From a virus (taxonomy: Duplodnaviria > Caudoviricetes): a DNA stretch of 47,567 nt. Positions 42,208 through 47,567 of this stretch are shown here, piece by piece. The stretch is from the IMG/VR virus record IMGVR_UViG_3300031949_000065, positions 1 through 47,567 of that record. One strand, 5' to 3'. The notes beneath the pieces are model-generated. The model was not told the DNA's origin. It was given only the letters and a program-made list of their open reading frames with translations, and made no database searches. The position numbers were made by a program, and so were the translations under genes. Each line of letters starts with the position of its first letter. Positions within the stretch are counted from its first letter, which is position 1.

Positions 42208-42412
42208 CGCGCGGTCTCTTCGCGCGCGCCGTAGCCTTGCGCCGGTGCTGCCGCCTGACCCCCGGCGGCGCTGGCGCGGCGGGCGGGACCGGAGGCACCG
42301 GCTTCGCCCTCCGCGTCCCGCGCCATGCCTGGAACCTGCCCCAGAGCCGGAGCACGTCGAAACCGACGCGCCTTACCTCGGCCTGGAGAAGGTCCCTGGC
42401 GCGCAGCGTCAC
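42197..42412 (-). CDS. Small basic protein
   Basis: GTGA-coupled to upstream gene. Confidence 0.45.
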   Translation of the reverse strand: MTLRARDLLQAEVRRVGFDVLRLWGRFQAWRGTRRAKPVPPVPPAAPAPPGVRRQHRRKATARAKRPRATR

Positions 42413-42711
42413 AGCGGCAGGAGCCGCAGGAGGCCGGCCAGGAGCTTGCCCTTCCAGCCGGTGCCGGAACGGCTCACGAGCGCGGCCGCAGCGAAGCGGA
42501 GCACCTTGCCCAGGATGACCACCGTGCCCCAGACGGCGCCGATGAGCTCGGCGTTGATCGCGTCGGCGGCCTCGGGCGGCAGCCCGGCCTTGAGCAGCAG
42601 CGCGGCGAGCCACGCCTTCACGCCGTCGCGCACGCCGCCAGCGACCGGGGGCGTCGCGGGGGCCGCGCCCTCCGGCGTCTTCGAGCGACCGAGGAAGTCA
42701 AACAGTCCCAT
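42409..42711 (-). CDS. Membrane-associated protein (holin candidate)
   Basis: Hydrophobic/amphipathic helices, GGAGG RBS. Confidence 0.55.
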   Translation of the reverse strand: MGLFDFLGRSKTPEGAAPATPPVAGGVRDGVKAWLAALLLKAGLPPEAADAINAELIGAVWGTVVILGKVLRFAAAALVSRSGTGWKGKLLAGLLRLLPL

Positions 42712-42726
42712 GTCTTCGCCCTCCGA

Positions 42727-43008
42727 TCAGGGGCTCAGAGTACACCGCTCGCCGGCCTCCCGCTGGACTTCGCAGACCAGGAGATCGGTCTTGCGCACGA
42801 GCTTCTCTACCTCCGCTTTCACCTCGTAGAGCAGCGTGCGGTTCGCCACCTGGTCCTCGGAGATGCCCGCGATCTGGTTCTTCATCAGCACGATGTCCGG
42901 GTGGTCCGAGATGGCCGTCTTCGTCGCGTTGGCGCCGAGGTAGGTGCCGCCGCCGCCGGCGCCCCCGATCAGCGCAGCGATGGCGATGGCCTTCCAGTCG
43001 AGCTGCAT
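42727..43008 (-). CDS. Single-pass membrane protein with coiled coil (holin/spanin candidate)
   Basis: N-terminal TM, heptads, two C-terminal Cys. Confidence 0.55.
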   Translation of the reverse strand: MQLDWKAIAIAALIGGAGGGGTYLGANATKTAISDHPDIVLMKNQIAGISEDQVANRTLLYEVKAEVEKLVRKTDLLVCEVQREAGERCTLSP

Positions 43009-43010
43009 GG

Positions 43011-43841
43011 CTACCCCCTCACCACGAGAGCGTCGAAGGTGGGCAGGCTCTCGATCCCTCCACCCGCGAAGTCGATCTCGACCCGAATCTGCATCCCGAG
43101 CTCGAGGTCCGCGTGCGTCTGCTGCACGGTGCCCTGGTAGCCCCAGGAGTCGTCGTTCGCCACGGCCGTCCCGTACTGCGCCATCGAGATGTCGGCGCCG
43201 ATCTTGCGCAGGAAGAGCGCGCGCGGCGAGATCGCAACCGCGGTGGCCCCGGCCAGGGTCACGATCGCCGGTAGCTGCGGGTGGTCCGCCACATCGGCCA
43301 GCGGGCTCCCTTCCTGCACGGTCGGCACCTGGATCTGGGTGATCGTGGTGATGAGCCTCGTCCCGTCGTCCTGGCGCAGCTCCACCTGGTCGCCCATCGA
43401 GTACAGCGAGTCCGCGCGCACGACCGGGAGGATCGTCGCGCCGCTGGCCTTGGTCCTGAGCCGGATCTCGCTCCCATCCTCGGCCGCGCTGGGCAGCGCC
43501 ACCGCCAGCGTGATCCGGTCCTCGTCCGCGGGCGAGGTGTCAGGCGCCCCCGAGATGGTCGTCTCGTGAGCCGATCCGTCGTCGAGCTCGACCCGCACGG
43601 TGTCGCCTGCTCGCCAGGGCAGCGGGCGGATCTTCGGGATCGAGATGATCGTCTGCGCCGCGGCCTCGTTGCCGCGCACGTGCGTCACGAGGTCCGCGAT
43701 CCTCGAGTCCTCGGTCGAATCGTAGAGTCGAGCCGTCACAGTGGCGCCCGTGATCGGTGTTTGCGCAGTTTCGTCCGTGGGCCCGGGCAGGCGGATCAGG
43801 GTGTCGCTGCGGTGAAAGATCGAGGTGCCGAGCTCGCTCAT
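43011..43841 (-). CDS. Virion/tail protein with duplicated beta-barrel inserts
   Basis: GDTVRVELDDGSAHETTIS / GDQVELRQDDGTRLITTIT. Confidence 0.65.
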   Translation of the reverse strand: MSELGTSIFHRSDTLIRLPGPTDETAQTPITGATVTARLYDSTEDSRIADLVTHVRGNEAAAQTIISIPKIRPLPWRAGDTVRVELDDGSAHETTISGAPDTSPADEDRITLAVALPSAAEDGSEIRLRTKASGATILPVVRADSLYSMGDQVELRQDDGTRLITTITQIQVPTVQEGSPLADVADHPQLPAIVTLAGATAVAISPRALFLRKIGADISMAQYGTAVANDDSWGYQGTVQQTHADLELGMQIRVEIDFAGGGIESLPTFDALVVRG

Positions 43842-45178
43842 TCTGTCCCCCTCCCCTGGATCGCCAGCGCCGCCACCGCGCCAGCAGTCGCGTCAAGCGC
43901 AGGAACAGTCCCAGGATCGTTGGCCGAGATAGAGGCCACGGCTCCCACCGTAGCCGCAACGGCGGGCGCCGTCCCGGGGTCTTCGACCGACAGCGAGGCG
44001 ACAGAGCCAGGCTCGCCGTGCGACAGGTCGATCCCTGGTGGCGCGTACTCGACCGTGAGCTGCGGGCCTGTCTCTCCTGGCTGGTTCTGCGACCAGAGGT
44101 ATCGCTCCGTCCCGTTGATGTCCAAGAGCCTGCCGATCCGAAATGCCAGCCTCCCGTTCCAAGAGGCATCGCTCACTGCCTGCTGGAGAACCGACGCGAA
44201 GGCGAACGACTGGCTCGGGCTGTAGGCTGCGTCGCCGAGCGTGTAGACGACATTGATCGTCATGGCGATGACCGGAGGCAAGATGGACGCGCCGGTGGTG
44301 AAGACCGGAAGCAGGCGAACGTCCCCAGGGTCGGCGTATAGGCAATTCGACCAGCCGGCCGAGGGACCGAAATAGACGGCGTTGTCCACGGAGCCGTCGA
44401 AGGTCGAGAGCTGATAGACGCGGATGCTCGGGCTGCTCGTCGTGAGCACGGCGTCCGTCTTCAAAATCACGATGTACCGCTGGCCGGAAGCGACGGCGAT
44501 CTGCTGCGCGCCACTGAACGTGAAGACCGAGCTCGTCTCCAACGTGGATAGGCTGTTGAAGGTGCGGAGGTCAGAGGTGGCCCTGAGGGTGTTCGGGAGA
44601 TAGGCGCCGTTGCTCCCGATCGTGTCCCACACCTCTGCCCAGACGTTCCCGGCGCTGCTTCCAACGCGGGCCAGCCGGATGAGCACGCTCCCGAGCAAGC
44701 CGTTCCCGGTCGCAGTGAGCGTCTGCACCTGGCCGAAGCCGTACTGCCCGCGGTCGCTCTCGAAGCGCAGGTCGAAGTCGTTGGTGGTGGCCGCGTCACC
44801 GAGGTTCGCCGCCGCGGTGTCGCGGAAGCGCGTCCGCAGCCCGACGCCAGGCTGGGCGACCTGCGAGCGCGAGGCTGCGTCCCACTTGCCATCAGGCTTC
44901 AAGACGCTGACCAACATGCCAACGGCGGTGGCGTTGGTCGCCGAAGCCTTCACCGTGAGCTTCGCTCGCAGGATCGTGGAGCCGATCGGGATGGCGGAGA
45001 GGTCGTAGCGGAGCGCGATGATCTCATTGACCTCGCTCTTCGCGTCGGTGTTCCCCCACACGAGCGTCGTCGCGTAGGTATTGAGGTTCGCCGGCAGGGT
45101 CGAGATGTCGGTGAACCAGGTGTCGCCTGACGGCAGGACATCGGGCCCTGCCTCGGGGTTGACGGTGATCTCGGGCAC
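43838..45178 (-). CDS. Virion protein with DNRLRE/CBM96-like carbohydrate-binding domain
   Basis: ALRYDLSAIPIGSTILRAKLTV ... PQLTVEY; Thr/Ser/Gly-rich. Confidence 0.6.
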   Translation of the reverse strand: MPEITVNPEAGPDVLPSGDTWFTDISTLPANLNTYATTLVWGNTDAKSEVNEIIALRYDLSAIPIGSTILRAKLTVKASATNATAVGMLVSVLKPDGKWDAASRSQVAQPGVGLRTRFRDTAAANLGDAATTNDFDLRFESDRGQYGFGQVQTLTATGNGLLGSVLIRLARVGSSAGNVWAEVWDTIGSNGAYLPNTLRATSDLRTFNSLSTLETSSVFTFSGAQQIAVASGQRYIVILKTDAVLTTSSPSIRVYQLSTFDGSVDNAVYFGPSAGWSNCLYADPGDVRLLPVFTTGASILPPVIAMTINVVYTLGDAAYSPSQSFAFASVLQQAVSDASWNGRLAFRIGRLLDINGTERYLWSQNQPGETGPQLTVEYAPPGIDLSHGEPGSVASLSVEDPGTAPAVAATVGAVASISANDPGTVPALDATAGAVAALAIQGRGTE

Positions 45179-45185
45179 GGTGGAG

Positions 45186-45770
45186 CTAGCGAGCCAGCGT
45201 GACGCGGCGGAGCATCGGCCTCATCTGGCGCCCTTCGAGGTACGGGTCCGGCAGGTCGCCTTGCTCCGCGATCAGCCCTTCCGCGGCCAGCGAAGCCAGG
45301 AGGTTCGGCGTCTTTCCGATCGGCCAGACGTGGATCGGGTCGTCGCCTCGATCCCAGCCCGGGAAGCGGATCTCGACCACGCGATAGATCCGACCGTCAT
45401 CGAGCGGGATGTCGGTCCTCAGCAGCGCGCGGAAAATCCTCGCGGTCAACTGGCCCCACGCCGCGGTCTGGTCGTTCTCCATGATCGGCGCCGCCATCAC
45501 GGAGAGCCGTCGGATCTGGCCGGCGGCGCTCAGCGTCTTCGGTTTGTAGATCGCGAAGTGTCCGATCGCGCGCCCGGTGGCGGCAAACTCCATCTTGAAC
45601 ATGAGCGACGGAGAATCCTTTTCCGGGTAGCTGTCCTCCCGGCAGAGCGTCGAGGGAAGCCCGTGCTTCGACAGGGTTCGCTCCGAATCGCGCACGTAGT
45701 CGATGAACTCCTGGCCTCCACGGAAGTTGGTGAAGCGGATCGGCCCGAGCTCGAAGGGAGGGATCGGCAC
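45186..45770 (-). CDS. Hypothetical protein, possible tail fibre chaperone
   Basis: 194 aa, TAGTG coupling to tail fibre stop. Confidence 0.55.
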   Translation of the reverse strand: MPIPPFELGPIRFTNFRGGQEFIDYVRDSERTLSKHGLPSTLCREDSYPEKDSPSLMFKMEFAATGRAIGHFAIYKPKTLSAAGQIRRLSVMAAPIMENDQTAAWGQLTARIFRALLRTDIPLDDGRIYRVVEIRFPGWDRGDDPIHVWPIGKTPNLLASLAAEGLIAEQGDLPDPYLEGRQMRPMLRRVTLAR

Positions 45771-47374
45771 TAAAGCACTGCCTCGGCGGTTGCGTGGATT
45801 TGAGACTGTCCCACGCCAGCCGTCTCGGTGATGCCGAAGCCGCTCGTTTGCTTGTTCACCACGGTCGGCGCATTGCCGTCGCTCCAGTTGGCATTCGCCG
45901 CCGACGGGTTGTAGGTGACGATCGTGGGGTCCTTCAGCATCGGCGGCGTGAGCCGCACGTCCACGCTGGTTTCCGTGAAACCGCCATCGGCACCACGCCC
46001 CAGAAGCGCACCGGACACGCCGATATTCTGCTGGGGTCTCGTCGTCTCTGGAAAGCTCTTCCAGAAGTAGCGGAGAGCGCGCGCGAACTCCTCGGCGATC
46101 GACTTGTGGGTGAATGCGGTGGCCGTGGCTCCGATCTCGAGCCTGGCGCCGGTGAGCCAGATGATGTCCGGCGTCCCGCCGCCCACGTAGCTCGTGTCGT
46201 CAGAGAAGATCAGCAGCGCCAGATTCGCGGCGTTGGCCGTGTCGATGGCGACGTTCTCGAGCTTGTACTCGGTCCAGGTGGTCCCGAGGGTGATGAGAGA
46301 GCTCACGCCCTCGTAGACCCAGGCCCCAGAGAGCGTCGGATCCACGCCCTCGGCCCCCCAGGTAGTGATGGGATCCGCGTTCGGAGCATCGGGCGTGCTC
46401 GGCCAGCAGAGCACTGCCGCCTTGAAGCGCGTCAGCGTCGAAGGCCCGGCGTTGGTCTTCATCCAGAACGAGACCGACACCACCTTGGTCCCGCCGAGCG
46501 CCGGCGCGGAGTCGGACTGCTCGAGCATCTGGCAGAACGCGAACTTCTCGCTCGCGGGACCGGCCGAAGGCGAGATGGCCGTGACCTTCATGCTGCGCGT
46601 GAAGCCGGCGGGCACGTCGGTATCGCGCTCGATCTTCACGATGTTCGCGGCGCCGGAGTTGACCAGGAACTTCCAGCCGTCCGCGACGTAGCCGCCGTCC
46701 ACGGCCTGGTACTGGAGCGTGTTGTCGATCGTGGTCCCGCGCTGCCAGAGAAGCATCGCACCATTCAGGAGCAGGTTGAACCGCGCTGTGGCGGTAGACG
46801 CCAGGCCCTCGTAGTAGGAGCCCGTCTGGCCGTCGAGCAGATCCGCGTTGAGCCCGCTGCCGGGGCCCTCGTTCTTGAAGGCCGCGGTCCCGAGGTTGTC
46901 CCAGAGCGGGATCAGCCCGGCCCCGAGGCCAGTGGCCCGGAAGGACGCGCTGCGGGTGCCCTTCGAGATGTAGCGACGGATCGCGTTCGCATCGGCAGCG
47001 ATCAAAATACTGTCCACGGTCACGATCAGGTCGGAACCGGACAGCGCGGCCGCCGTCACGTTGGCTTCAACCGCGGCGCTCGCGGTGTGGGTGATTCGGA
47101 CGCGGCAGTCGATCGGGTAGTCGGCGACCGCGGGCGGGTTCGGCGTCGCGGCGACGCGCACGGAGCTCGTGCTCTCGCGCGTGACGACGTTGGCTCCGCC
47201 CTGGCCGTCGTGGAGCTGGATCCACTCCGCATCGTTGTACCAGCGCCGCAGGGCAGCGTGCGTCTCGCGCCCGGTGTCGTTCACCTGGGCACGGGTCATT
47301 CCCTCCTTCCAATTGTCGGGAGGGTTCGCCTGGTTCAGCGTCGCCGACGTGCTCCACTTGTGGATCTCGGCCAC
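45770..47374 (-). CDS. Tail fibre / receptor-binding protein 2
   Basis: LGTAA, GSGLNADLLDG, NLLLNG..WQRGT..ADGW..LEIGATATAF..RYFWK tail-fibre motifs. Confidence 0.85.
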   Translation of the reverse strand: MAEIHKWSTSATLNQANPPDNWKEGMTRAQVNDTGRETHAALRRWYNDAEWIQLHDGQGGANVVTRESTSSVRVAATPNPPAVADYPIDCRVRITHTASAAVEANVTAAALSGSDLIVTVDSILIAADANAIRRYISKGTRSASFRATGLGAGLIPLWDNLGTAAFKNEGPGSGLNADLLDGQTGSYYEGLASTATARFNLLLNGAMLLWQRGTTIDNTLQYQAVDGGYVADGWKFLVNSGAANIVKIERDTDVPAGFTRSMKVTAISPSAGPASEKFAFCQMLEQSDSAPALGGTKVVSVSFWMKTNAGPSTLTRFKAAVLCWPSTPDAPNADPITTWGAEGVDPTLSGAWVYEGVSSLITLGTTWTEYKLENVAIDTANAANLALLIFSDDTSYVGGGTPDIIWLTGARLEIGATATAFTHKSIAEEFARALRYFWKSFPETTRPQQNIGVSGALLGRGADGGFTETSVDVRLTPPMLKDPTIVTYNPSAANANWSDGNAPTVVNKQTSGFGITETAGVGQSQIHATAEAVL

Positions 47375-47377
47375 GGC

Positions 47378-47567
47378 CTACTCCTTGACCTGCTCGATCT
47401 CGAGGACGCTCTTCCTGTTGGCCGTGGTGTTGCCAAAGATCGTAGTGCCGGTCGATTGAGCCTCGATCGTCACCTTGTCTCCGGCGGCCGGAGTGATTTC
47501 GATGGTCGGGCTCCAGTGAACCCCTGCCGGACTCACCGTATCGCCGAGGAAGGTTGCGGAGCGGAAG
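47378..47567 (-). CDS. 3' end of the origin-spanning tailspike gene (..VLEIEQVKE-stop)
   Basis: In frame with 1-2041; TAG at 47378-47380. Confidence 0.85.
   Translation of the reverse strand, partial: FRSATFLGDTVSPAGVHWSPTIEITPAAGDKVTIEAQSTGTTIFGNTTANRKSVLEIEQVKE
47419..47567. repeat. Terminal direct repeat / assembly overlap, right copy
   Basis: Matches 1-149 with one mismatch. Confidence 0.95.

Noticed and set aside
45770-47374. Diversity-generating retroelement or shufflon acting on tail fibres
   Set aside because: No reverse transcriptase, no TR/VR pair and no inverted fibre cassettes seen
1-47567. Alternative genetic code, tRNA genes, host assignment
   Set aside because: Genes tile cleanly with the standard code using all three stops; no cloverleaf recognised; GC content alone cannot identify the host

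Overview
The window is an apparently complete ~47.4 kb, roughly 70% GC dsDNA phage genome, assembled as a circle: bases 1-149 repeat 47419-47567 with one synonymous mismatch. Gene content points to a podovirus-type Caudoviricetes. The leftward morphogenesis arm runs TerS, TerL, portal, scaffold, DUF5309/SU10-like major capsid, decoration proteins, adaptor, nozzle, three ejection proteins (the last a 1887-aa polyvalent protein), then two receptor-binding proteins with paralogous N-termini and further tail and membrane genes across the assembly origin. A leftward accessory block (22.4-28.8 kb) carries an M15 endolysin, a LAGLIDADG endonuclease, an Acb2-like protein and a J-domain protein. A control region (27.4-30.2 kb) holds a hairpin-dense tract, a one-strand GGGACCC array and a consensus sigma70 promoter. 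It is followed by a rightward early operon (RadC, many small genes, a catalytic-only tyrosine recombinase), a leftward HTH/helicase/nuclease/RusA operon and a rightward RecE/RecT pair. I saw no DNA or RNA polymerase, primase, RT, CRISPR array or tRNA. Best leads: a three-site GCAAC-NN-GTTGC operator network, repeated CTG starts at CTGA stop/start overlaps, the injected ART plus zincin protein, the heptamer array and a candidate ~550-nt structured RNA. All family calls come from motif recognition by eye; no database search was run.
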